The notes under the pieces were generated by a model, which saw only the letters and a program-made list of their open reading frames with translations, searched no databases and was not told the DNA's origin. A program made the position numbers and the translations under genes. A stretch of 64,000 nt of DNA from Macrostomum lignano (taxonomy: Eukaryota). Positions 22,228 through 35,159 of this stretch are shown one piece after another. The stretch's first letter is position 1. The number at the start of each line of letters is the position of its first letter. Location of the stretch: NCBI GenBank assembly GCA_002269645.1, contig NIVC01001161.1, forward strand, positions 1 through 64,000, given 5' to 3'.

Positions 22228-24831
22228 CTAGCAATCTTCGCCCCCCGTTGGGGGACATCTGGATAGAATCTCTGTTCTCTACAAGTAACAAAAAGACAGC
22301 CAAATAAAGTCTTCACAAAGACAACAGACAACTGCTAAAATAAAGTGCAATGCAAAAAGAAATCATCCCAGGACAGCAAGCATCCCCCAGATAGCAAGCA
22401 TCCCCAGATAGCAAGCATCCCCCCAGATAGCAAGCATCCCCCCCTCCCGGATAGCAAGCATCCCCCAGATAGCAAGCATCCCCAAATAGTAAGCATCCAC
22501 CAGACAATAAGTAGCTAGTGCAACAATTTCCTTAGCTCTATAGTGGCTCCTTTAAAATTGGCATGATGCTTACTTTTACGTTTGAAATTGTGTATCTTTT
22601 ATATTTGACATGGTGACTCTTTAATGTTTGACCTGGTGGCTCTTTTATGTTCTACATGCTGGCTCTTTTATGTTTGATTCGGGGTTTTTTTAATGTCTGA
22701 CATTGTGGCTCTTTAATGTTTGACATAGTGGCTCTTTTATGTTTGACATGGTGGCTCTTTAATGTTTGACATGGTGGCTCATTTATGTTCGACATGGTGG
22801 CTCTTTTATGTTTGACATGGTGGCTCTTTAATATTTGACAGGGTGGCTCTTTAATGTTCGACATGGTGGCTCTATATTGTTTGACATGGTGGCTCTTTAA
22901 TGTTCGACATGGTGGCTCTTTATTGTTTGACATTGTGGCTCATTTATGTTCGACATGGTGGCTCTTTACTGTTTGACATGGAGTCACATATATGTTTGAC
23001 ATGGTGGCTCTTTTATGTTTGACATGGTGGCTCTTAAATGTTTGACATGATGGCTCTTTTATGTTTGACATGGTGGCTCTTTAATATTTGACATGGTGGC
23101 TCTTTAATGCTTGACATGGTGGCTCTTTAATGTTCGACATGGTGGCTCTATAATGTTAGACATGGTGGTCCTTTTATGCTTGATATGGTGGCTCTTTAAT
23201 GTTTGACATTGTGGCTCTTTAATGTTCTTCATGGTGGTTCTTTTATGTTTGACATGGTGGTTCTTTTTTGCTTGACATGGTGGCTCTTTACTGTTTGACA
23301 TGGAGTCACATATATGTTTGACATGGTTGCTCTTTTATGTTTGACATGGTGGCTCTTTAATATTTGACATGGTGGCTCTTTTATGTTTGACATGGTGGCT
23401 CTTTAATATTTGACATGGTGGCTCTTTAATGTTTGACATGGTGGCTCTTTAATGTTCGACATGGTGGCTCTATAATGTTAGACATGGTGGCTCTTTAATG
23501 TTAGACATGGTGACTCTTTAATGTTAGACATGGTGGTCCTTTTATGCTTGACATGGTGGCTCTTTTATGTTTGACATGGTGGCTCTTTTGTGTTAGACAT
23601 GGTGACTCTTTAATGTTAGACATTGTGGCTCTTTAATGTTCGACATGGTGGTCCTTTTATGCTTGACATGGTGGCTCTTTTATGTTTGACATGGTGGCTC
23701 TTTGATGATTGACATGGAGTCACGAATATACTTGACATGGTGACTCGTTAATGTTAGACATGGTGGCTCCTCAATGGTGGCTCTATAATGTTTGACATGG
23801 AGTCACATATATGTTGGACATGGTGGCTCTTTAATGTTCGACATGGTGCCTCTTTAATGTTTGACATGGTGGCTCTTTAATGTTTGACATGGTGGCTCTT
23901 TAATGTTAGACATGGTGGCTCTTTAATGTTCGACATGGTGCCTCTTTAATGTTTGACATGGTGGCTCTATAATGTTTGACATGGAGTCACATATATGTTG
24001 GACATGGTGGCTCTTTAATGTTCGACATGGTGCCTCTTTAATGTTTGACATGGTGGCTCTATAATGTTTGACATGGAGTCACATATATGTTGGACATGGT
24101 GGCTCTTTAATGTTCGACATGGTGCCTCTTTAATGTTCGACATGGTGGCTCTTTAATGTTCGACATGGTGGCTCTTTAATGTTAGACATGGTGGCTCTTT
24201 AATGTTCGACGTGGTGGCTCTTTAATGTTTGACATTGTGCTTCTTTTGTGTTTAGCATTTTGTGTTTTTAAGGTGTTTTAATAAAAAAATCTTTTTGCAC
24301 TACTAAGATTCGAACCCAGGTCGCTGCATTAGCAATCCAGTCTGTTCGCATCTATGCTATCTCTTGTCAATTGGAGAACATGAATTGTGGCCCTTATAAT
24401 TCAATTCTTATAGCAAATCGGTTAGAGTAAAAAGTTATGACATAATCTTTTTCTCAGTCAGCCAGTATCAGTGTCAATTTAAGTTAGCAATATGGTTACG
24501 CAATTTCAATCAAGTCGTGTGCGCATTTCTTCGGCACTGTTTTCAACTTGTTGTGATGCAATCTTTATCACAATCAGAATTCAGCCAGTCAGTTTTTTTC
24601 TCTAGCATTCTTACAATGAATTTCAGGTCGAAAGAGTTGCTTGACCTTTGCAAAAAAGCATGTTTTTCGAATATTTAATCCCTTTCATATTGAGCAATTT
24701 CTTAGCCAAGATGCATGTACCGTCCCAGGAAAATTTCTGATCGAATGGTGCAAGTTTGAAGAAAATCGGTTGAGCCATTTTTTCTGAAATCTATCTCACA
24801 GAGACACACAACTCATTTTTAGTATATGGGA
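22228..24831 (-). mobile_element. Non-autonomous Helitron copy 1 (about 2.6 kb, 23-bp minisatellite cargo)
   Basis: On the - strand: 5'-TC start, 3' GC hairpin (CCCCC-AAC-GGGGG) about 10 nt before terminal CTAG, followed by T; about 580 bp of 5' region shared with copies 2 and 3; no Rep/Hel ORF. Confidence 0.78.
24298..24365 (-). other. tRNA-Ser(GCT)-like A/B-box segment in Helitron copy 1 (also near 28420-28485 and 33288-33350)
   Basis: TAGCATAGATG (A-box-like), CTGGA-TTGCTAA-TGCAG anticodon-like arm, CTGGG-TTCGAAT-CTTAG T-arm; acceptor stem not recognisable, so not a functional tRNA. Confidence 0.55.
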
Positions 24832-27800
24832 CTAGCAATCTTCGCCCCCCTTTGGGGGACATCTGTATAGAACCTCTGTTCTCTACAAGTAACAAAAAGA
24901 TAGCCAAAAAAGGCCTTCACAAAGAAAACAGACAAAATACTCAAAGGAAGTGCAATGCAAAAAGAAATCATCCCAAGAAAGCAAGCATCCCCCAGATAGC
25001 AAGCATCCCCCAGATAGCAAGCATCCCCCAGATAGCAAGCATCCCCCAGATAGCAAGCATCCCCTACATAGATAGCATCCCCAAATAGCAAGCATCCACC
25101 AGACAATAAGTAGCTAGTGCGACAATTTCCTTAGCATTATAGTGGCTCCTTTAAAATTCGCTTACTTTTATGTTTGAAATTGTGTAAATTTTATGTTTGA
25201 CATGGTGGCTGTTTTATGTTCTACATGGCAACTGTATTATGTTTGAAACGATGGCTTTTTAATGTCAGACATGGTGGCTCTTTTATGTTTAACATGGTGG
25301 CTCTTTTATGTTTGACATGGTGGCTCTTTAATGTTTAACCTGGTGGCTCTTTTATGTTTGAAACAGTGGCTCTTTTATGTTTGACACAGTGGCTCTTTAA
25401 TGTTCGACAAAGTGGCTATTTAATGTTTCAAAAGGAGGCTTTTAAATGTTTGACATGGTGGCTCCTTAATGTTCGAAATGGTGGCTCTTTAATGTTTGAC
25501 ATAAAGACACATATATAATTGACATGGTGGCTCTTAAATGTTTGACATGGTGGCTCTTTAATGTTCGAGAAAGTGGCTCTTTAATGTTTTTCATGGTGGC
25601 TCTTTTATGTTTGACATGGTGGCTCTTTTATGTTTGACATGGTGGCTCTTTTATGTTTGACATGGTGGCTCTTTTAGGTTTGACATGGTGGCTCTTAAAT
25701 GTTTGACATGGTGGCTCCTTAATGTTTGACATGGTGACTCTTTAATGTTTCAAATGGTGGCTCTTTAATGTTTTACATGGTGGCTCTTAAATGTTTGACA
25801 TGGTAGCTCTTTAATATTCTACATTGTGGCTCTTAAGTGTTCGAAATGGTGGATCTTTTAGGTTTGACATGATGGCTGTTTAATGTTCAACATAGTGGCT
25901 CTTTAATATTCTACATGGTGGCTCTTTTATGTTTAACATGGTGGCTCTTTAATGTTTGACATGGTGGCTCTTTAATGTTTGACATAAAGTCACTTATATG
26001 TTCGAAATGGTGGCTCTTTAATATTTTACTTTGTGGCTCTTAAATGTTCGACATGGTGGCTCTTTTAGGTTTGACATGATGGCTCTGTTAGGTTTAACAT
26101 GATGGCTCTTTTAGGTTTAACATGATGGCTCTTTTAGGTTTAACATGGTGGCTCTTTTAGGTTTAACATGGTGGCTCTTTTAGGTTTAACATGGTGGCTC
26201 TTAAATGTTCGACATGGTGGCTCTTTAATATTCTTCATGTTATAGCTCTTTCATGTTTGACATGGTGGCTCTTTAATGTTCGAAATGGTGGCTCTTTAAT
26301 GTTCGAAAAGGTGGCTCTTTAATGTTCGACATGGAGTCACATATATGTTTGACATGGTGGCTCTTAAATGTTTGACATGGTGGCTCTTTATGTTTGACAT
26401 GTTGGCTGTTTTATGTTTGACATGTTGGCTCTTTTATGTTTGACATGATGGCTCTTTTAGGTTTGACATGGTGGCTCTTTTATGCTTGATATGGTGGCTC
26501 TTTAATGTTTAGCATGGTGACTTTTAATGTTTGACATGGTGGCTCTTTTATGTTTGACATGGTGGCTCTTTAATGTTCGCCATGGTGGCTCTTTAATGTT
26601 CGCCATGGTGGCTCTTTAGTGTTTGACATGGTGGCTCTTTAATGTTCGACATGGTGGCTCTTTAATGTTTGACATAGTGGCACTTTTATGTTTGACATGG
26701 TGGCTTTTTAATGTTCGCCATGGTGGCTCTTTAAAGTTTGACATGGTGGCACTTTTATGTTTGACATGGAGTCACGTATACGTTTGACATAGTGTCTCTT
26801 CAATGTTTGACATGGTGGCTATTTTGTGTTCGACATGATAGCTCTTTAATGTTTGACATGGTAGCTCTTTAATGTTCGACATGGTAGCTTTTTAATGTTT
26901 GACATGTTGGCTCTTTTATGTTTGACATGATGGCTCTTTTAGGTTTGACATGGTGCCTCTTTTATGCTTGATATGGTGGCTCTTTAATGTTTAGCATGGT
27001 GACTTTTAATGTTTGACATGGTGGCTCTTTTATGTTTGACATGGTGGCTCTTTAATGTTCGCCATGGTGGCTCTTTAATGTTCGCCATGGTGGCTCTTTA
27101 ATGTTTGACATGGTGGCTCTTTAATGTTTGACATGGTAGCTCTTTAATGTTCGACATGGTAGCTTTTTAATGTTTGACATGGTGGCTCTTTTATGTTCGA
27201 CATGGTAGCTTTTTAATGTTTGACATGGTGGCTCTTTTATGTTTGACATGGTGGCTCTTTACTGTGTGAAATAGTGGCTCTTTAATGTTCTACACGGTAA
27301 CTCTTTTATGTTTGATACGGTGGCTTTTTAATGTCTGACATGGTGGCTCTTTAATGTTTAACCTGGTGGCTCTTTTATGTTTGACACGGCAGCTCTCTAG
27401 TGTTTGACAAAGTGGCTATTTAATGTTCGAAATGGTGGCTCTTTAAAGTTTGACATAAAGTCACATATATGTTTGAGATGGTGGCTCTTAAATGTTTGAC
27501 ATGGTGGCTCTTAAATGTTTGACATGGTGGCTCTTTAATGTTCTTCATGGTGGCTCTTTAATATTCTACATGGTGGCTCTTTTATGTTTGACATGGTGGC
27601 TTTTTAATGTTTGACATGGTGGCTCTTTTATGTTTGACATGGTGGCTCTTTACTGTTTGAAATGGTGGCTCTTTAATGTTCTACATGGTAACTCTTTTAT
27701 GTTTGATACGGTGGCTTTTTAATGTCTGACATGGTGGCTCTTTTATGTTTGACATGGTGGCTCTTTAATGTTCTTCATGGTGGCTCTTTAATGTTCTTCA

Positions 27801-28960
27801 TGGTGGCTCTTTAATATTCTACATGGTGGCTCTTTTATGTTCGACATGGTGGCTGTTTTTTGTTCTACATGGTAACTCTTTTATGTTTGATACGGTGGCT
27901 TTTTAATGTCTGACATGGTGGCTCTTCTATGTTTAACATGGTGGCTCTTCTATGTTTGACACGGTGGCTCTTTAATTTTCGACAAAGTGGCTATTTGATG
28001 TTCGAAATGGTGGCTCTTTAAAGTTTGACATAAAGTCACATATATGTTTGACATGGTGGCTCTTAAATGTTTGACATGGTGGCTCTTAAATGTTTGACAT
28101 GGGGGCTCTTTAATGTTTGACATGGTGGCTCTTAAATGTTTGACATGGTGGCTCTTTAATGTTAGACGTGGTGGCTTGTTTAGGTTTGACATAGTGGCTC
28201 TTCTATGTTTGAAATGGTGGCTTTTTAATCGTTGACATGGAGTCACGTATATGTTTGACATAGTGCTTATTTTATGTTTGACATGGTAACTCTTTTATAT
28301 TCGAAATGTTGGCTCTATAATGTTCGACATGGTGGCTCTTCGTTGTTTGACATTGCGCTTCTATTATGTTTAGCAGTTTTGTTGTGTTTTAAGGTGTTTT
28401 GATAAAAAAAATCTTTTTGCACTACTAAGATTCGAACCCAGGTCGCTACATTAGCATTCCAGTCTGTTCGCATCTTGGCTATATCTTTCCAATTGGAGAA
28501 CGTGAATTGTGGCCCTTATAATTCAATTCTTACAGCAAGTCAATTGAAGTAAAAAGTTATGACATAATCAATTTCTCAGTCAGCCAGTATCAGTCTCAAT
28601 TTGAGTTAGCAATATGGTTACGCAATTTAAATCAAGTCGTGTGTGCATTTCTTCGGCACTGTTTTCAACTTGTTGTGATGCAATCTTTATCACAATCGGA
28701 ATTCAGCCAGTCAGTTTTTTCTCTAGCATTCTTACAATGAATTTTAGGTCGAAAGAGCTGCTTGACCTTTGCAAAAAAGCAGGTTTTTCGAATATTTAAT
28801 CCCTTTAACATTGAGCAATTTCTTAGCCAAGATGCATGTACCGTCCCAGGAAAATTTCTGATCAAATGGTGCAGGTTTGAAGAAAATCGGTTGAGCCATT
28901 TTTTCTGAAATCTATCGCATACCTACCCACATACAGACAACTCATTTTTAGTATATAGGA
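24832..28960 (-). mobile_element. Non-autonomous Helitron copy 2 (about 4.1 kb, 23-bp minisatellite cargo)
   Basis: Same TC, hairpin and CTAG termini; abuts copies 1 and 3 with no intervening base. Confidence 0.78.
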
Positions 28961-31900
28961 CTAGCAATCTAGTGCGGCCCCCCTTCGGGGCGCCCAATAA
29001 GAAAGGAGCAAAAATAGTTCATGGAAAACAATAAAAAAACACATTTTCTTAAACACTAATTCCTTCTTCACATTTTAAAAATCACCTTATTCGTGTAAAA
29101 TTGTCACGGACTAAGATGTTTGCAAAATTAAAAAAATCACTTTTTCTCTAAAATTAACAAACAGTCAACAAAATATCGTTTCCCTAAATAGAAAATATTC
29201 CCAAGACAGCAAGCAACCCCCTCCAAAAGTGAACAATCGCAGATAGCAAGCATCCTCTAATGCTCATAGCAAGAATCACCACAGATAGCAAGCATCTGCA
29301 GATTAGCAAGCACCCCCCAGATATTATAGAAGCATCCACCCAGATAGCAAGCATTCTGCAGATAGCAAGCACCCCCAGATATTATAGAAGCATCCTGCAG
29401 ATAGCAAGCACCCCCAGATATTATAGAAGCATCCTGCAGATAGCAAGCACCCCCCAGATATTATAGAAGCATCCACCCAGATAGCAAGCATCCACCCAGA
29501 TAGCAAGCATCCACCCAGATAGCAAGCATCCTGCAGATAGCAAGAATCCCTAAATAGCAAGCATCCCTGGATAGAAAGAATCCCATGCATGTAGCCAGTA
29601 CCCCCTCTCCCAAATAGCAAGTATCCCCCCTCGAGAGCAAGCATCCACGAGACAGCAAGTAGCTAGTGCAAATGTTACTTCCGCTAATGCAATAATCGCT
29701 TTCTCAGGTTGTGCAACAATCCACGTCTCAGCGAGCGCAATAATCTCTTTTTTAGACAGCGCAGTAATCAGCTTCTCAGCTAGTGCAATAATCCTTGGTT
29801 TATTAATAGCAATAATCCTTGATTAATCAAGTGCAATAATCCTTGGTTTATCAAGTGCAATAATCCTTGGTTTATCAAGTGCAGTAATCTTTGGCTTATA
29901 AAGTGCAATAATCCTTGGTTTATCAAGTGCAATAATCCTTTGTTTATCAAGTGCAATAATCCTTGGTTTATCAAGTGCAATAATCCTTGGTTTATCAAGT
30001 GCAATAATCCTTGGTTTATTAAGTGCAATAATCCTTGGTTTATTAAGTGCAATAATCCTTGGTTTATCTAGCGCAGTAATCCTTGGCTTATCAGGTGCAA
30101 TAATCCTTGGTTTATCAAGTGCAATATTTGTTTATCAAGTGCAATAATCCTTGGTTTATCAAGTGAAATAATCCTTGGTTTATCAAGTGCAATAATCCTT
30201 GGCTTATCAACTGCAATAATCCTTGGTTTATCAAGCGCAGTAATCTTTGGCCTATCAAGTGCAATAATCCTTGGTTTATCAAGTGCAGTAATCCTTGGCC
30301 TATCAAGTGCAATAATCCTTGGTTTATCAAGTGCAATAATCCTTGGTTTATCAAGTGTAATAATCCTTGGTTTATCAAGTGCAATAATCCTTGGCTTATC
30401 AACTGCAATAATCCTTGGTTTATCAAGTGCAATAATCCTTGGCTTATCAACTGCAATAATCCTTGGCCTATCAAGTGCAATAATCCTTGGCTTATCAAGT
30501 GCAATAATCCTTGGTTTATCAAGTGCAATAATCCTTGGTTTATCAAGTGCAGTAATCCTTGGCCTATCAAGTGCAATAATCCTTGGTTTGCCAAGAGCAA
30601 TAATCCTTAGTTTATCGAGTGCAGTAATCCTTAGTTTTCCAAGTGCAGTAATCCTTGGTTTATTAAGAGCAATAATCCTTGGCTTATCGAGTGCAGTAAT
30701 CCTTGGTTTGCCAAGAGCAATAATCCTTGGTTTATCAAGTGCAATAATCCTTGGTTTATCAAGTGCAATAATCCTTGGTTTATCAAGTGCAATAATCCTT
30801 GGTTTATCAGATGCAATAATCCTTGGCTTATCAACTGCAATAATCCTTGGTTTATCAAGTGCAATAATCCTTGGCTTATCAAGTGCAATAATCCTTGGTT
30901 TATCAAGTGCAATAATCCTTGGTTTATCAAGCGCAGTAATCTTTGGCCTATCAAGTGCAATAATCCTTTGTTTATCAAGTGCAATAATCCTTGGTTTATC
31001 AAGTGCAATAATCCTTGGCTTATCAACTGCAATAATCCTTGGTTTATCAAGCGCAGTAATCTTTGGCCTATCAAGTGCAATAATCCTTGGTTTATCAAGT
31101 GCAGTAATCCTTGGCCTATCAAGTGCAATAATCCTTGGTTTATCAAGTGCAATAATCCTTGGTTTATCAAGTGTAATAATCCTTGGTTTATCAAGTGCAA
31201 TAATCCTTGGCTTATCAACTGCAATAATCCTTGGTTTATCAAGTGCAATAATCCTTGGTTTATCAAGCGCAGTAATCCTTGGCCTATCAAGTGCAATAAT
31301 CCTTGGCTTATCAAGTGCAATAATCCTTGGTTTATCAAGTGCAATAATCCTTGGTTTATCAAGTGCAGTAATCCTTGGCCTATCAAGTGCAATAATCCTT
31401 GGTTTGCCAAGAGCAATAATCCTTAGTTTATCGAGTGCAGTAATCCTTAGTTTTCCAAGTGCAGTAATCCTTGGTTTATTAAGAGCAATAATCCTTGGCT
31501 TATCGAGTGCAGTAATCCTTGGTTTGCCAAGAGCAATAATCCTTGGTTTATCAAGTGCAATAATCCTTGGTTTATCAAGTGCAATAATCCTTGGTTTATC
31601 AAGTGCAATAATCCTTGGCTTATCAAGTGCAATAATCCTTGGTTTATCAAGTGCAATAATCCTTGGTTTATCAAGTGCAATAATCTTTGGCCTATCAAGT
31701 GCAATAATCCTTTGTTTATCAAGTGCAATAATCCTTGGTTTATCAAGTGCAATAATCTTTGGTTTATCAGATGCAATAATCCTTGGCTTATCAACTGCAA
31801 TAATCATTGGTTTATCAAGTGCAATAATCCTTGGCTTATCAAGTGCAATAATCCTTGGTTTATCAAGTGCAATAATCCTTGGTTTATCAAGCGCAGTAAT

Positions 31901-33903
31901 TTTTGGCCTATCAAGTGCAATAATCCTTGGTTTATCAAGCGCAGTAATTTTTGGCCTATCAAGTGCAATAATCCTTGGTTTATCAAGTGCAATAGTCTTT
32001 GGTTTATCGAGTGCAGTAATCCTTAGTTTTCCAAGTGCAGTAATCCTTGGTTTATTAAGAGCAATAATCCTTGGTTTATCGAGTGGAGTAGTCCTTGGTT
32101 TATTAATATCAATAATCCTTGAATAATCCAGTGCATTAATCCTTGGCTTATCAAGTGCAACATTCTTTACTATCAAGTGCAATAATCCATGGCTTATCAA
32201 GTGCAATAATCCTTGGCTTATCAAGTGCAATAATCCTTGGTTTATCAAGTGCAATAATCCTTTGTTTATCAAGTGCAATAATCCTTTGTTTATCAAGTGC
32301 AATAATCCTTGGTTTATCAAGCGCAGTAATCCTTGGCTTATCAAGTGCAATAATCCTTGGTTTATCAAGTGCAATAATCCTTGGTTTATCAAGCGCAATA
32401 ATCTTTGGCCTATCAAGTGCAATAATCCTTGGTTTATCAAGTGCAGTAATCCTTGGCCTATCAAGTGCAATATTCCTTGGTTTATCAAGTGCAATAGTCC
32501 TTGGTTTATCGAGTGCAGTAATCCTTGGTTTTCCAAGTGCAATAATCCTTGGCTTCTTGAGTGCAGTAATCCTTGGTTTGCCAAGAGCAATAGTCCTTGG
32601 TTTATCGAGTGCAGTAATCCTTGGTTTTCCAAGTGCAGTAATCCTTGGTTTATTAATAGCAATAATCCTTGGCTTCTTGAGTGCAGTAATCCTTGGTTTG
32701 CCAAGAGCAATAGTCCTTGGTTTATCGAGTGCAGTAATCCTTGGTTTTCCAAGTGCAATAATCCTTGGCTTCCTGAGTGCAGTAATCCTTGGTTTGCCAA
32801 GAGCAATAGTCCTTGGTTTATCGAGTGCAGTAATCCTTGGTTTTCCAAGTGCAGTAATCCTTGGTTTATTAATAGCAATAATCCTTGGCTTCTTGAGTGC
32901 AGTAATCCTTGGTTTGCCAAGAGCAATAGTCCTTGGTTTATCGAGTGCAGTAATCCTTGGTTTTCCAAGTGCAATAATCCTTGGCTTCCTGAGTGCAGTA
33001 ATCCTTGGTTTGCCAAGAGCAATAGTCCTTGGTTTATCGAGTGCAGTAATCCTTGGTTTTCCAAGTGCAGTAATCCTTGGTTTATTAATAGCAATAATCC
33101 TTGGCTTCTTGAGTGCAGTAATCCTTGGTTTGCCAAGAGCAATAGTCCTTGGTTTATCGGGTGCAGTAGTCCTTGGTTTATTAATAGCAATAATCCTTGG
33201 CTTATCGAGTGCAGTAATCTAAGTGTTTTTATTTAGTCCTTTAATAAAAGCTTTTAATAAAAAAATTTACACTACTACTTTTAAACTACTTAGATTCGAA
33301 CCTAGGTCGCTGCATTAGCAGTCTGGTCTGTTCAGCTCTAGGCTAGCTCTCATCGAAGTTATCAGTGATGTTGTACCACTTATATAATTCAACACTCACA
33401 CCAAGTCAGGTAGAGTAAAAAGTCTCACGAAGCAGTTATGACATAATCAATTTCTTAGGCAAGTCAGTACCAGTGTCTATGAAAGTTTACAATATGGTTA
33501 CGTAATATAAATTCAGTACTGCGCTATGCTTTCACACTCAAAGCTGTGACGCAATTCAATTGAGTGTCAAATTCAGCCAGTACACAGACGATAAATAAAG
33601 TGTATTGTGATGCAATCTATTTCAGAATCAGAATTCAACCAGTCAGTTTTTCTGCTAGCATTCTTACGATGCATTTCAAGTCGAAAGAGCTGCTTGACCT
33701 TTGCAAAAAAGCATGTTTTTCGAATATTTAATCCCTTTAGCATCAAGCAATTTCTTAGCCACGATGCATGTACTGTCACGGGAAAATTTCTGATCGAACA
33801 GTGCAAGTTCGAAGAAAATCGGTTGAGCCGTTTTTGCTAAAATCGATCACACACACACACATACACACACACACATACCGACAGACCATTTTTAGTATAT
33901 GGA
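28961..33903 (-). mobile_element. Non-autonomous Helitron copy 3, diverged subfamily (about 4.9 kb, 24-bp minisatellite cargo)
   Basis: 5'-TC at 33903-33902; shared 5' region and 18-bp GATAGCAAGCATC repeats; a different hairpin and two closely spaced CTAG at the 3' end. Confidence 0.72.
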
Positions 33904-33994
33904 AATTCGAGCAGGAAAGACCATCTTTTGTTTAAAGTTTAGGCTGAGTTTGAACAAGCCAAATAGAGTTAAATACAGGTCTCGGCACTTTTAG

Positions 33995-34300
33995 ATGTAC
34001 ATTATATGGTCTTTCTAACCCTCTAGCGCCCAACCCCCATACCCCTGACCTACTTTCTAACCCTCTAGCGCCCGACCCCACACCCCTGATGTACTTTCTA
34101 ACCCTCTAATACCCACCCCACAACCAATATGTACTTTAACCCTCTAATACCCACCCCAACACCCAAGATGTACTTTCTAACCCTCTAGCGCCCAACCCCC
34201 ACACCCCTGATGTACTTTCTATCTAACCCTCTAATACCCACCCCACATTTCTAATGTCCTTTCTAACCCTTAAACACCCAACCCTAAACCCCAAATGTAC
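33995..34300. repeat. Degenerate repeat of about 40 bp (TACTTTCTAACCCTCTAGCGCCC...)
   Basis: Direct inspection. Confidence 0.75.
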
Positions 34301-34971
34301 TTTTAAATATGACCCTCTAGTGCCCACCTCACGTCCAAAAAAAACACCCGAATCACCCCCTTTCTAAACTCACCTTGGTTGTGCATTCAAATTTCTCTTT
34401 GTCGGCATTTCGTGACCAGCAATTCGACCTGCATGAAATTTTTCGATTTTAAACACCGATCATGCGATCCATCTCTGGCAGGAGTAGTTAGTCATATACT
34501 TAGAAAAACTTCCAACAATAAAAGTGCTTTACGTCCATATTATAAAGTGCTGAACCGATCATAAATAGACAGTTTTATAGAGGAAAAGCTGGCAAGTTTC
34601 CCGATCACGTGACCCGATAACAGGGCGGGAGTGATTTCCCAAGCGCTCTGTGTTTAATTTCGCGATCGCTTCCCGGAAATGGGCTGGGCTGAAAAATCCA
34701 CTGATGGTAAGGGCCGGTATCCATGCTTTTTATGGCAATTTAGTAATTACTTTCGTTAGTACAGGTATAACGTTAATTTTTTTATATTTGAACTAATTCT
34801 TTAACACAACTCTGAGGATTTCAGGCTATTGACACAAGATGCCAACGGGGCCGATATGCCAATTTTAGCACTCCTGTCATCAATTTTGGCACTCCTGCTA
34901 TCGCGCAATCCATTTTGGCACTCCATTTTGTTTACTCCAAAAATAATAATTTTGAACCTGCTCCAACGCAG

Positions 34972-35159
34972 GATCGCCCTACACTGACCTGCTCACTCAG
35001 AAGATTCTGGAGTTCAGAGATCGGCAAATTTTAGAGCGGCTGAAGCTGTACTATTGGGCAGTTGATCGTAGCGCCGTGGACTATTTGATTGACTTTGGTC
35101 GCACTGGAAAGTCACGTGATAAATCAAATAATAGCCGAAAATGCGCCTTAAATGAAAGG
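34972..35159 (+). CDS. iGluR alternative exon 15B1 (GSPYTDLLTQKILEFRDRQILERLKLYYW...CALNER)
   Basis: GCAG acceptor at the same phase-1 G|GSPY position as exon 15A; GTGAGT donor, phase 0; 188 nt with no stop. Confidence 0.8.

Noticed and set aside
24298-24365. Calling the tRNA-like segments functional tRNA genes
   Set aside because: No acceptor stem or Ser variable arm, and they are embedded in repeated mobile elements.
30068-33236. 1040-aa and other long ORFs with LRR-like LLHLINQG / IIALDKPR periodicity
   Set aside because: They are translations of the 24-bp minisatellite, open in several frames on both strands, with no splice signals or unique domain.
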